A DNA stretch of 37,472 nt from a virus (Duplodnaviria; Caudoviricetes), in the IMG/VR virus record IMGVR_UViG_3300031965_000088, positions 1-37,472 of that record. One strand, 5' to 3'. A model generated the notes under the pieces. That model saw only the letters and a list, made by a program, of their open reading frames with translations. It made no database searches and had not been told where the DNA came from. This document shows positions 7,463 to 15,881 of this stretch, piece after piece; positions within the stretch are counted from its first letter, which is position 1, and every line of letters starts with the position of its first letter. A program made the translations under genes and the position numbers.

Positions 7463-8759
7463 ACCTATTCCCCACGACTTGAACGCAGAGGAAGCGGCCA
7501 TCGGTTCGGTACTCATTGAAGACCGTTCTCTTAAGGACGTGGCCTTATTCCTTAAACCGAATGACTTCTTCGCTGACAGTACCAAGCACGTCTATGAGTC
7601 CATGCTTAAGCTGTCCAAGCGGGGGGAACCCATCGACCAGATAACCGTCGCTCAAGAACTGGAACGCACGGGGAAATTAAAAGCCGTCGGTGGTGTGTCC
7701 TACCTCAACCACTTAACAAGCACCGTTCCGTCATCGTTGGACGCAGAACACTACGCTAGAATAGTCCACCGTTTATCAGTCTCAAGGGGACTCATTACCG
7801 CTGGTACGCAAATCTCTAATATGGGATATGCCGCCGACCATGACGTGTCGGGAACGATAACCAAAGCGGAACACCTGCTCAAGGACCTCAGAACGGGAGA
7901 CTCTTCCAGTGTAAGGGACTCGGAGTATATCGCTAACGGTATTCTTTCCATGCTGGATGACAACCGTGACGGTAAGAACATCATCCCGTGGGGCTTCCGT
8001 GACCTCGATAGATTGACCGGAGGAATATCAGCGGGAGACTACATCATCCTGGGGGCGCGACCTTCAGTGGGCAAGACGGAAATCATGTGTCAGATCGCTT
8101 TGAAGCAAGCCAACTGTTTAAGGGGTGTGCTGATAGACTCGATGGAAATGACAGACAGGCAGCTCAATGAAAGACTATGCGCTATCGTGTCAGGTGTGCC
8201 GGTCAAGGAAATGCGGGAAGGCCACGACAGTATCAGAACGAAGATAGCCGATGCCGCTGGTATGGTTTCTGCCATGCCCATCAAGACAATCTACGGGCGC
8301 AGAACGGTAGCTGACTTCCGGTGCCAGTTGGAAAGAGTCATGTCGGAAACAGAAATTAAACTTGTAGTGGTGGATTACCTCACTAAGTTTCTGGACGTGT
8401 ATGACAAGAAATGCGGCGATACCATGACCCAACGTGCGGGGTACGTCTCAGCGGCCTTGTTCTCTATCTGTAAAGACTTGAATGTCCCTATGTTAGTAGC
8501 GGCGCAGTTATCTAGGGGTGTGGAATATCGGGAAAGCAAGGCACCGGTACTGGCTGACCTCAGAGAGTCAGGTGAGATCGAACAAGACGCTGACCTTGTA
8601 TTCATGCTTCACCGTCCGGCGTTGTACAACCCTTCAGATTGTCCGGGCGTAATGAAGATGCTACACGCTAAGAACAGGGCTATCGGATCAGAGAACGAGG
8701 TAGTTGATTTAATGTGGGACAAGAACAGCCATGTATATAGAGATATGGAGTGGAGATAA
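7455..8759 (+). CDS. dnaB: Replicative DNA helicase, DnaB family
   Basis: PHDLNAEEAAIGS N-domain, Walker A GARPSVGKT, SMEM, VVVDYL, AQLSR, DLRESGEIEQDAD and KNR. GGAGG RBS before ATG 7455. Confidence 0.95.
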   Translation: MDRPIPHDLNAEEAAIGSVLIEDRSLKDVALFLKPNDFFADSTKHVYESMLKLSKRGEPIDQITVAQELERTGKLKAVGGVSYLNHLTSTVPSSLDAEHYARIVHRLSVSRGLITAGTQISNMGYAADHDVSGTITKAEHLLKDLRTGDSSSVRDSEYIANGILSMLDDNRDGKNIIPWGFRDLDRLTGGISAGDYIILGARPSVGKTEIMCQIALKQANCLRGVLIDSMEMTDRQLNERLCAIVSGVPVKEMREGHDSIRTKIADAAGMVSAMPIKTIYGRRTVADFRCQLERVMSETEIKLVVVDYLTKFLDVYDKKCGDTMTQRAGYVSAALFSICKDLNVPMLVAAQLSRGVEYRESKAPVLADLRESGEIEQDADLVFMLHRPALYNPSDCPGVMKMLHAKNRAIGSENEVVDLMWDKNSHVYRDMEWR

Positions 8760-8888
8760 ATGGACAAAGAACTAGAAGCGATCATGCTAAACATGAAGAA
8801 GGAGGTACAGATAAATACACTGGAGGCTATCATCAAGATGTGTGAGGGATTAAGGGACACTATTAAAGGCAACACAGATGCGGATTGA
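8760..8888 (+). CDS. Small hypothetical protein (42 aa, MDKELEAI...)
   Basis: Translated manually. GGAG RBS; fills the gap between dnaB and rusA. Confidence 0.5.
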   Translation: MDKELEAIMLNMKKEVQINTLEAIIKMCEGLRDTIKGNTDAD

Positions 8889-9240
8889 TGTAACTCCCGT
8901 CGCTAAAGGCCGCCCCCGCTTTACCAAGAACGGCAGGGCATACACACCACAGAAGACCAGAAACGCAGAGGATGAACTAAGATACTCGGTAATGGATATG
9001 AAGCCCTCATTTGCCAGTACAGACGCTCTCAGGGTGGTTGTTACATTCTATCTGTTAAAGCCTAAAAGTACCAAGAGAAAGTACCCTACGGTGCGTTCCG
9101 ACCTCGACAATTTTCTCAAATATGCTCTAGACGGGTGTAACGGATATTTGTGGCATGATGATGCCCAGATCGTCAGCATCGAAGCCCATAAGAGATACGG
9201 GGAACCGCATATAGAAATAGATATTGAGGTGATTGAATGA
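8878..9240 (+). CDS. rusA: RusA family Holliday junction resolvase
   Basis: PVAKGRPRF...YTP.KT, P...DLDNFLK..LD.CNG..W.DD.QIV motifs. Confidence 0.92.
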   Translation: MRIDVTPVAKGRPRFTKNGRAYTPQKTRNAEDELRYSVMDMKPSFASTDALRVVVTFYLLKPKSTKRKYPTVRSDLDNFLKYALDGCNGYLWHDDAQIVSIEAHKRYGEPHIEIDIEVIE

Positions 9241-9527
9241 AATGTACCCGTCCCCATTGTAACGGCGATATAGTCGGGGGGGAAGATGGGAGTTATTGCG
9301 TACTGTGCAACAGGTTAGTTCAGGAAAACAAAGCGGATATTATAACCTGCGCTTTGACTAACGGAGTTCTGAAAACAGAAGCCAAGTATCATATACCGTT
9401 CGGCAACCTGGTGAATATGCTGGAGAACTGGTTAGCTGACAAGGACAAGAGACACCTTTGCCGCTTACATGGTAAAGTATTCAGGATGCAGGATCGCTTA
9501 CCGGATATATTGAGATTGCCTTTTTAG
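9237..9527 (+). CDS. Hypothetical protein with N-terminal Zn ribbon (C..PHC...CVLC)
   Basis: GAGGT RBS, ATGA overlap. Confidence 0.65.
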   Translation: MKCTRPHCNGDIVGGEDGSYCVLCNRLVQENKADIITCALTNGVLKTEAKYHIPFGNLVNMLENWLADKDKRHLCRLHGKVFRMQDRLPDILRLPF

Positions 9528-9536
9528 GAGGGTAAG

Positions 9537-9683
9537 ATGGAACTAAGAGAAAAGATAGCGGAGAAGTTTTGTGGCTTTTGCCTAGAATATTGCGCCGGAG
9601 ATGAGCCACTTTGTGATTCAGCCTTGCAACACGCCGATGAGATTATAGATATGTTCGTCAATTATGTTTGTCAATGCGGATAA
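9537..9683 (+). CDS. Small Cys-rich protein (MELREKIAEKFCGFC...HADEIIDMF, 48 aa); last gene of the + arm
   Basis: Translated manually. AGGAGG RBS. Paralog-like to 6133-6270. Confidence 0.6.
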   Translation: MELREKIAEKFCGFCLEYCAGDEPLCDSALQHADEIIDMFVNYVCQCG

Positions 9684-9821
9684 TAACGTAGAACATTCTT
9701 GAGAGTAGCGTTCAGCGTCCTTGGCAAACGATTCGGCCAGCTCACAATTAAATACTACCAGTTCGCAAGCCTTCTCCATCTCTCTCAGCTTGGCTAGGTA
9801 TTCTTCAAACATGGTAGGCAT
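9618..9821 (-). CDS. Hypothetical protein; probable last gene of the late arm
   Basis: Helical ORF overlapping the upstream - strand ORF. 3' end overlaps 9537-9683 convergently. Confidence 0.45.
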   Translation of the reverse strand: MPTMFEEYLAKLREMEKACELVVFNCELAESFAKDAERYSQECSTLLSALTNIIDEHIYNLIGVLQG

Positions 9822-10011
9822 CGTTCATCGCTAGCGCTTCCTTAGCCATCTTGATCTTGTTGATGTCGCAGGCGCTTCCTAATGGACAGCCCGCTTGCAT
9901 ATAGATGATGCAGTTCTTAGTCATTCTAATGTCGTGGTTTCTTACCTTGTGATACCATCTGAAATCTTGGCAGGTGAGCTGATAACCGCAGGGGCTTTTG
10001 TCCTCGTCCAT
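9805..10011 (-). CDS. Cys-rich hypothetical protein
   Basis: AAAGGT RBS upstream of ATG 10011. Confidence 0.55.
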   Translation of the reverse strand: MDEDKSPCGYQLTCQDFRWYHKVRNHDIRMTKNCIIYMQAGCPLGSACDINKIKMAKEALAMNDAYHV

Positions 10012-10029
10012 TATTTGAATACCTTTCTA

Positions 10030-10058
10030 TTGACATGGGTTTACTTGCGTGATATACT
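10030..10058 (+). promoter_or_regulatory. Near-consensus sigma70 promoter TTGACA-17-TATACT with extended -10 TG
   Basis: TTGACA 10030-10035, TG 10050-10051, TATACT 10053-10058. Confidence 0.8.
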
Positions 10059-10068
10059 CATGGTAACT

Positions 10069-10482
10069 ATGAATAAAGAACAAAAATTAGCACGCCAACG
10101 GGAACGCCGGAAGGACACTAACAATTCCGATACAAGGAAGTACGAGAAGACGCCCAAAGGTTTCCTGATGCGGATGTATCGGAATATGCAATCACGTACT
10201 TTGGGTATCCAGTGGCGCAAAGCCCACCTTTACAAAGGCAAGGAGCTTCTAACTAGGGATGAGTTCTATGCATGGGCTACTGGCCATCCGGGCTTTAAGG
10301 TTCTATTTGATAAGTGGGTCGACAGCCAATATGCACGGAGACTAACGCCTACTGTAAACCGGATTAATTCCTCCTTAGGATATTCCCCTGATAATATGGA
10401 GTGGTTGACGCATTCTGAAAACTCGCGGCTCGGTGCTTTAACGCCCCGTCGCCCTAATCAAACACCTTCCCGCCGTAAATGA
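10069..10482 (+). CDS. HNH-type (homing) endonuclease-like protein, antisense to the late arm
   Basis: YEKTPKGFLMRMYRNM..R and TPTVNRINSSLGY..DNMEWLTHSENS (SIDRID/GY..N HNH variant). ATG lies 10 nt after the -10 box with no SD. Confidence 0.75.
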   Translation: MNKEQKLARQRERRKDTNNSDTRKYEKTPKGFLMRMYRNMQSRTLGIQWRKAHLYKGKELLTRDEFYAWATGHPGFKVLFDKWVDSQYARRLTPTVNRINSSLGYSPDNMEWLTHSENSRLGALTPRRPNQTPSRRK

Positions 10483-11374
10483 ACCTATAATTTATAATCG
10501 GTATCTGTTCGATAATATATTGGTGATTGGAAAACCATGTCTGAATTGTGAACCCGTGTTGCCAGTCCGGGCATGAAACGTATTCTGGGTTAAGGTCGCA
10601 CAAGCAGAAGTTCTCAGCCCAGCCCCAAACGCCGAACCTGTCCCGCTTGGTATAATGCCCCCCACGGTGTGAGTGTCCCACTATCCCGTTGCCCCCATGC
10701 TTCTCATAATGGGCTTTGGCCGTCCAGCCGGAGTACTTACGTATTAGTTCCCCGTGTCTCGCTAGATAAACGTCGTTTATCATTAGCCCGTCTTCGTAGG
10801 ACGCCAGCTTGACACCGAGTTTACCAGTACCGGTCAGCACGTCGAACCTATTGCCCCTGAGCTGGGATATTTTAGGCGTGTCCCATAAAAACCTTTGCAA
10901 TCGGTGGCAGTGATTACCCAGTATCAAGTATTCGTCGGTGTCGGGGGAAGCCTCACATTCAAGTTTTATCCCCCTGGTGCCGGTGTCGATGTCAGACTGT
11001 AAGTTGGCGGATCGTAAAGGATTGATGGAGAACTTGGACAACTGGTAGAAGTCGAAATAATCCCCCACCCTGATATGGGAGTCTGGTTTCAGCCATTCCT
11101 TAAAGTTGCATATGAGCCGCGTAATTCTTTCGTCGGCAAAGGGATAGTGAGCGTCGCCCGTAAATAAATTGACGTGAGGCTTAGCCGTTGACGCGGGGAA
11201 TACTAAGTTTTTAACGTATGGTATTTCGTTCGTGTATTCGTAACTTGGGGAACTATCCGGTTTTTCCGGTGAGTTTGAACTAGTTGAGTTTTTGCAAGAG
11301 TTGGATTCGTATTCTTCGGGGTAGAGTCCTTTGCCTAGATTGGGTACGTAGGTAGTCTCTATGGCATAGTTCAA
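10454..11374 (-). CDS. Calcineurin-like metallophosphoesterase
   Basis: GDAH, GDYFD, GNH, HG and GHSHR motifs in canonical order. AGGAG RBS. Confidence 0.88.
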   Translation of the reverse strand: MNYAIETTYVPNLGKGLYPEEYESNSCKNSTSSNSPEKPDSSPSYEYTNEIPYVKNLVFPASTAKPHVNLFTGDAHYPFADERITRLICNFKEWLKPDSHIRVGDYFDFYQLSKFSINPLRSANLQSDIDTGTRGIKLECEASPDTDEYLILGNHCHRLQRFLWDTPKISQLRGNRFDVLTGTGKLGVKLASYEDGLMINDVYLARHGELIRKYSGWTAKAHYEKHGGNGIVGHSHRGGHYTKRDRFGVWGWAENFCLCDLNPEYVSCPDWQHGFTIQTWFSNHQYIIEQIPIINYRFIYGGKVFD

Positions 11375-11383
11375 GTCTGTCTC

Positions 11384-11635
11384 CTAAGCTATCATACTGA
11401 ATATCCCCGCTACTAAAGCGAGTCCCGCTGCTACCCCCACCTTCGCTAAATTAGTTTTCAAGTTCTCGTGAGCGTCTTCAACCCTTTCAAATCTCCGGCA
11501 CGTGGACTTCTGGCAGGCGGCGTGGGTCTCGAAGAAGTTGTCTAGCTTAGTGTGCATCTCCCGCACGTCCATGCCCATCTCATAAAGGATATTGTCTCTC
11601 TCTTCCGGCTGGAATAACGCTCTAGGTTGTGTCAT
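11384..11635 (-). CDS. Coiled coil plus C-terminal TM protein (XhlA/holin-like)
   Basis: Hydrophobic C-terminus VGVAAGLALVAGIFSMIA. GGGAG RBS. Confidence 0.55.
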   Translation of the reverse strand: MTQPRALFQPEERDNILYEMGMDVREMHTKLDNFFETHAACQKSTCRRFERVEDAHENLKTNLAKVGVAAGLALVAGIFSMIA

Positions 11636-11891
11636 GGTACTTCTCCCATTGTCTTAATGCTTCGATAAGCTCAAGCCCTAACGGGTCAATATCTCGGTGG
11701 CGTAGTCTATTACTGCCCCTTCGGAAGATGTACCCGTCAATGACTTCATGGAATAAGACTTCAAGCTGCTTTTCTTTATCGAGGTTGCAGTCAACGTATA
11801 TGACACCGCCATCGGTGTAGCCGCCCCCACAGTCATATCCTGATTCATAGTCCTTCGCATGGGTAAAGTCCTCTATTAAAACGCTAATCAC
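11622..11891 (-). CDS. Small zincin-like protein (LFHEVID, degenerate HExxH)
   Basis: GG......IYVD..L...KQLEVLFHE pattern resembles phage minimal metallopeptidases. Confidence 0.5.
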   Translation of the reverse strand: MISVLIEDFTHAKDYESGYDCGGGYTDGGVIYVDCNLDKEKQLEVLFHEVIDGYIFRRGSNRLRHRDIDPLGLELIEALRQWEKYHDTT

Positions 11892-12177
11892 CAGCTATCC
11901 ACGCTAAGAAGTAAATGAGGAGCGCTATCTGTGTCACCCTGCCAGCTACTATCCCGTTCAAGATGCCAGCGTAGTCCTTCCACGCTTGGTCTTTAGTGTA
12001 TAAACATTCATTGTTCTGGTACTCTTTCATTATCTGAAGAAAGTCATTACTGAGGGGGTAGGTCAGACCCAGGAACATTCCCACCGGAACGTGGATTACC
12101 ATTCTGATCCCGTAGTCACCTACGTCATCTCTAACATGAGTGAAGGTGCGGTTGCAGAAGTCCTCGAACCACTTCAT
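11884..12177 (-). CDS. Putative membrane protein
   Basis: Hydrophobic segments. Start overlaps the upstream stop. Confidence 0.55.
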   Translation of the reverse strand: MKWFEDFCNRTFTHVRDDVGDYGIRMVIHVPVGMFLGLTYPLSNDFLQIMKEYQNNECLYTKDQAWKDYAGILNGIVAGRVTQIALLIYFLAWIAGD

Positions 12178-12359
12178 TACGGGGCCTTCTTAATCTCAAT
12201 ACCTAACCAAGCAAGGCATGCGATACCCGTAGCGGTAAGAGTGACCTGCGCCCAAGTCTCACCGGCTAATGCAAAGGTAACAAGCATGACGTTGGAAGAC
12301 AGTAGGAACATAGCTACCGTTGCGCCCCGTAGTAATCCCTTCCAGTTCATCTTGTCCAT
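12177..12359 (-). CDS. Two-TM small protein, holin-like
   Basis: Two hydrophobic helices and a basic C-terminus. Appears leaderless from the promoter at 12366-12394. Confidence 0.55.
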   Translation of the reverse strand: MDKMNWKGLLRGATVAMFLLSSNVMLVTFALAGETWAQVTLTATGIACLAWLGIEIKKAP

Positions 12360-12365
12360 AGTAAA

Positions 12366-12394
12366 AAACTATCATGCGTAAGGGAAACTGTCAA
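12366..12394 (-). promoter_or_regulatory. Late-type promoter TTGACA-17-TAGTTT (ext. TG)
   Basis: Member of the ATTGACAGTTT family. ATG follows the -10 box after a 6-nt gap. Confidence 0.7.
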
Positions 12395-12490
12395 TAATAC
12401 TTATGCCAAATACGGATAAACTACGTAGGCTAAGTACAAGTAAATGACTACCACCACTACGCACATCAACTTCTCACAGGTACTCACCGT

Positions 12491-12712
12491 TTATATCCCG
12501 GCACCACCATCAACATAACCCAGGGGGATAATCCCACTGCGCAGCGCATAGACAACAGCCTGTGTACGGTCACGCACACCGAGCTTGCGGAAGATAACCG
12601 ACACTTGGTTCTTGACCGTCTGCTCACTGAACCTGAACGATTTGGCGATCTCCTTGTTCATGCGCCCATCTGATATCAGTTTCAGTATTTCGAGTTCTCG
12701 TTCGGTTAGCAT
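12491..12712 (-). CDS. Stand-alone LuxR/NarL-type HTH regulator
   Basis: LTERELEILKLISDGRMNKEIA....SEQTVKNQVS.IFRKLGVRDRTQAVVYAL; no receiver domain. Confidence 0.9.
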   Translation of the reverse strand: MLTERELEILKLISDGRMNKEIAKSFRFSEQTVKNQVSVIFRKLGVRDRTQAVVYALRSGIIPLGYVDGGAGI

Positions 12713-12713
12713 T

Positions 12714-15305
12714 TTACCCCCATCCATACACTTTTAGCTTAGCCACATCCCAAGCTGAGCCGTTCCAAACCTTTAACACTGCATTGATAGTACGCCAACT
12801 TTGCGGGGCGTAGGTGGTAAGAATAAGCGATGCTGTTAAAGGAATAACAACTAAGGCGTTGATTCCTGGCGCGTAGGTAGTGAGTGTTAAGGCTAGAGTT
12901 TCGGGAGTGCAGACAACGGGAAGGATGATTGAAGGTGCGAACAATGCAAGGGTAAGAATAGCCATCTGCGGAGTGACGGTCTGGTTGCTCGATAAGCTTA
13001 CGGTGGGCGCGAATGTAGTCAGCACCAACTCGGCAGCAGTGGGCGTGGCTAGTTGGGCATCCTGCGCTGTCACGGTAGGAGCGTAAGAAGTGATGACCAG
13101 TTCCGCTGTCGAAGGGGTGACTGTAACATGGGCAGTAGCGGAGACTGTCGGTGCGAAGGTCGCTAACACCAACTCTGCCGTAGAAGGCGTCACTACTACC
13201 GGATTGCCCACAGTAGGAACGAAGGTCGACAAAACTAATGCCAGCGTAGAAGGAGTGACCAGTTGGTGATTGCTAACAGATACAGTCGGTTCGTAAGAAG
13301 TAAGAGCAAGCTCAGCTATACCAGGTGTGATTGTTTGATGAGCCGAGGCTGTTACTGTCGGAGCATACGTGGTCAGGGCTAATTCTAATAAAGACGGGGT
13401 GACTGTATTGGAAGCTGTTACCGAAGGAACAAGGGTTGTCAGTGTAAGTTCAGCAGTTATAGGCGTAACGGATTGGTGATCCGAAGTGGTTATAGTCGGT
13501 TCATAAGTGGTAAGCGCAAGTTCAAGCGTAGTCGGGATTACAGATTGATGAGCAGTCGTAGCTACATCTGGTGCGTAGGGTACAAGAGTCAGCTCTGATA
13601 TATCTGGTGTTACTACTTGATGGTCTGATATAGATATAACCGGCGCATAAGTGGTAGCCGAAAGTGCCAGTGTAGATGGTGTAGCTACTTGATGAGCGGT
13701 GGCTAAGACTGTTGGTGCATAGGTAGTTAGCGCTAGCTCGCCCAATGTTGGAGTAGTAGTCTGCGGATTGGTAGCAGTAACAGTCGGCTCGTAGGTTGTA
13801 GTAGATAATGCTAGTGTAATAGGCGTAGCCAACTGGTGATTAGATACTGCTATAACAGGCGCATACGTAGATGTGGTAAGCGCTAGTGTGGTGGGAGTAA
13901 CGGTCTGCGGATTGGCAGTTAGTAGCTGAACCGTCGTGCCATAGCCAGTTCCAGCGCTATTGACCGCATAAGACCTAACTCGATAGTTCGTTCCCGCCGA
14001 CAGTCCGGTTAGCCCCTTGGTGTAAGCTCCAGTGCCGTAACTCCCGTCGTCATAGGCAACCGAGTCAGTAGTATCGGGGTCGCCCGACGTGCCTTCCATG
14101 TAGCAGAAGCCACGCCTTGTGCAGTTCTCGCCGCCGGTGTCCGTGATGTTGCCGTTGCCGGTGGCTGTGGTGGTGGCTACATCGGTACAGGCGGAGGTGG
14201 TGATGGTGGGGGCGACGACGGAGGCTTCCGCTGTGTAGGTGCAGTAGAAGGAGTAGTATTTGTTAGCAAAACCGTTGCTGTCTGATGGGTTTGTTGGCGA
14301 GCTATAACTATTAGAGGTGTCTTTGAAACCCTGGGGGCTACCTGTTGAGTCATAGAAGAAATAGGTATTCACCTCAAAAACTGCGGAAGCTATGTACTCC
14401 GTTCCACCTATAACGGAGGGGGGAATTGCGTAAGATGCCGTTTGCCATGCGGGGGTTACATCATAACCAACCGTCCCGCCGATGCCGTCAGTCACAATAT
14501 TCCTAGTTGAGTGAAGAACCAGTACCGCCTTGTAGTTCCCTGTCCCCGAAAGACTCCTAATATACGCCGTGACACTATCTACGGTTCCGCTATCCGCGGG
14601 GGTTCCCTTCTGCCCAACTAAGTAATTTGCGGGAGCGAAATCCATAGTTGCCCCCACACTTGTATGCCCAAACGTCGGGTCAATGACTACCGGATAGACG
14701 GCCTTTGACAGCCACGCAGGGTCGCCGGTGACGGTCAGGTTACCCGTAGCAGGGTCAAACGACAGGCCGCCCCAAGCCCGTGCGCCATCAGCGGCGATAA
14801 ACTCAGGACGATAGATGTGAAACGCCTTACCTGTTTTGTAATTCTCCTTGCCGAGAACATGATTGCGTTTGGTTTTGTGATAGACCGCATACGAACCGAC
14901 AACATTATCAGGGCGGAAAGTACCTTCGGCAATCTCTTCGGCGGTCAGTTCTGGCTGGTAGAAGAAGTCATACTGCTCATGGCCTTTGACGTTGAAAACA
15001 AAAGACGATTGGGCAACCTTGCGCTTAAGGACAACCTCAAACTCAAAACCACCCTCTTCGTCAATGTCTAAGGGGTAGAAGCGCAAGCCCCACGTGTTGT
15101 TGCCCGCCTCAACCCTGTCGCCAGTGAGCGTCGGCGTCATGCGGAGTTTATCAAGTTGCGGGTACGACACCTCAACGTCACCAAATAGGCGTCTGCCCAG
15201 ACGGACGGCAGGCTTAAACTCAGCCGTGTCACCGCCAATACGGACAGTCTCGCCGCCCCTTAAAGGCGCGTCGAAGGTAGTGTTGTCGAGACGAGTTACA
15301 GGCAT
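12714..15305 (-). CDS. Large tail/fiber-like virion protein: N-terminal domain, FN3-like domain and Thr-rich repeat stalk
   Basis: YPVVIDPTFG, TTSACTDVATTTATGNGNITDTGG...RGFCY...YRVRSYAVNSAGTGYG (FN3-like) and C-terminal KVWNGSAW. ATG 15305 has a GGGGGTAGG RBS (the ORF track start is 15326). Confidence 0.7.
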   Translation of the reverse strand: MPVTRLDNTTFDAPLRGGETVRIGGDTAEFKPAVRLGRRLFGDVEVSYPQLDKLRMTPTLTGDRVEAGNNTWGLRFYPLDIDEEGGFEFEVVLKRKVAQSSFVFNVKGHEQYDFFYQPELTAEEIAEGTFRPDNVVGSYAVYHKTKRNHVLGKENYKTGKAFHIYRPEFIAADGARAWGGLSFDPATGNLTVTGDPAWLSKAVYPVVIDPTFGHTSVGATMDFAPANYLVGQKGTPADSGTVDSVTAYIRSLSGTGNYKAVLVLHSTRNIVTDGIGGTVGYDVTPAWQTASYAIPPSVIGGTEYIASAVFEVNTYFFYDSTGSPQGFKDTSNSYSSPTNPSDSNGFANKYYSFYCTYTAEASVVAPTITTSACTDVATTTATGNGNITDTGGENCTRRGFCYMEGTSGDPDTTDSVAYDDGSYGTGAYTKGLTGLSAGTNYRVRSYAVNSAGTGYGTTVQLLTANPQTVTPTTLALTTSTYAPVIAVSNHQLATPITLALSTTTYEPTVTATNPQTTTPTLGELALTTYAPTVLATAHQVATPSTLALSATTYAPVISISDHQVVTPDISELTLVPYAPDVATTAHQSVIPTTLELALTTYEPTITTSDHQSVTPITAELTLTTLVPSVTASNTVTPSLLELALTTYAPTVTASAHQTITPGIAELALTSYEPTVSVSNHQLVTPSTLALVLSTFVPTVGNPVVVTPSTAELVLATFAPTVSATAHVTVTPSTAELVITSYAPTVTAQDAQLATPTAAELVLTTFAPTVSLSSNQTVTPQMAILTLALFAPSIILPVVCTPETLALTLTTYAPGINALVVIPLTASLILTTYAPQSWRTINAVLKVWNGSAWDVAKLKVYGWG
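12801..13910 (-). repeat. About 16 degenerate ~24-aa repeats (HQxVTPxTxELxLTTYAPTVxxxx)
   Basis: Counted in the translation. Highly degenerate at the DNA level. Confidence 0.85.
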
Positions 15306-15319
15306 CCTACCCCCAGAAA

Positions 15320-15436
15320 TCCCCATAAGGCTGAGGTGGCCCAGAAAGACATGAATATCTCAAAGTAACTCATCCGGTCAATCCGGAACTCATCGTCGAG
15401 ATACCACGGCTCTCTGGGACTCAGCCGAATGTGGGA
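15320..15436 (-). ncRNA. Long intergenic stem-loop with internal bubble (unassigned structured RNA)
   Basis: Nested arms UCCC/GGGA, GGCUGAG/CUCAGCC, CCCAGAGAG/CUUUCUGGG, UAUCUC/GAGAUA and UCCGG/CCGGA. G-U pairs favour the - strand. Confidence 0.55.
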
Positions 15437-15440
15437 CTGA

Positions 15441-15866
15441 TTATGCCAGTGTGAATACACCATTAGCATGAGCCGCTACAGTCAGAGTGTTGCCATCGGT
15501 AGCAGTCACGTCAGCGGGGCTGTCGTCCAGCAAGCAGTAACACAGTACGTTCCCACCCACCTCATAGATAGCCGCAAACCTTGCTACAATAGAACCGCTA
15601 TCAGCAGTCCATACAGGGTCAGTGTCGATGTCTACCTTGACCGTAGTAGTACCAGAGAGGGTTAGGGTAACTGCGATACCACCAGCAGAATACCCGTTTG
15701 CCGCAGCGTGTTCGTTAGTCACGCCTGCAAAGGTAGTTGACGCTGCACCCAGGTTCGATGTACTCAGGAAGAGCGCCATCTTCCACGAGTCAGAATCAAT
15801 GTCGAACGTCCCATCAAGTAGGGAAGTCCGACCGCCATTAGTGAATGTCCATGCTCCAGCTGCCAT
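15441..15866 (-). CDS. Conserved phage tail-associated structural protein
   Basis: D.DSDSWKMAL....GY.AGG......D.DPVWTA....ARFAAIY....G.TLTV....GVFTL family. AAGGAG RBS. Confidence 0.75.
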   Translation of the reverse strand: MAAGAWTFTNGGRTSLLDGTFDIDSDSWKMALFLSTSNLGAASTTFAGVTNEHAAANGYSAGGIAVTLTLSGTTTVKVDIDTDPVWTADSGSIVARFAAIYEVGGNVLCYCLLDDSPADVTATDGNTLTVAAHANGVFTLA

Positions 15867-15881
15867 GTTAGTATCTCCTTC

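Noticed and set aside
9895-10068. Long N-terminus of the HNH ORF
   Set aside because: It overlaps a - strand gene and lies upstream of or across the promoter at 10030-10058.
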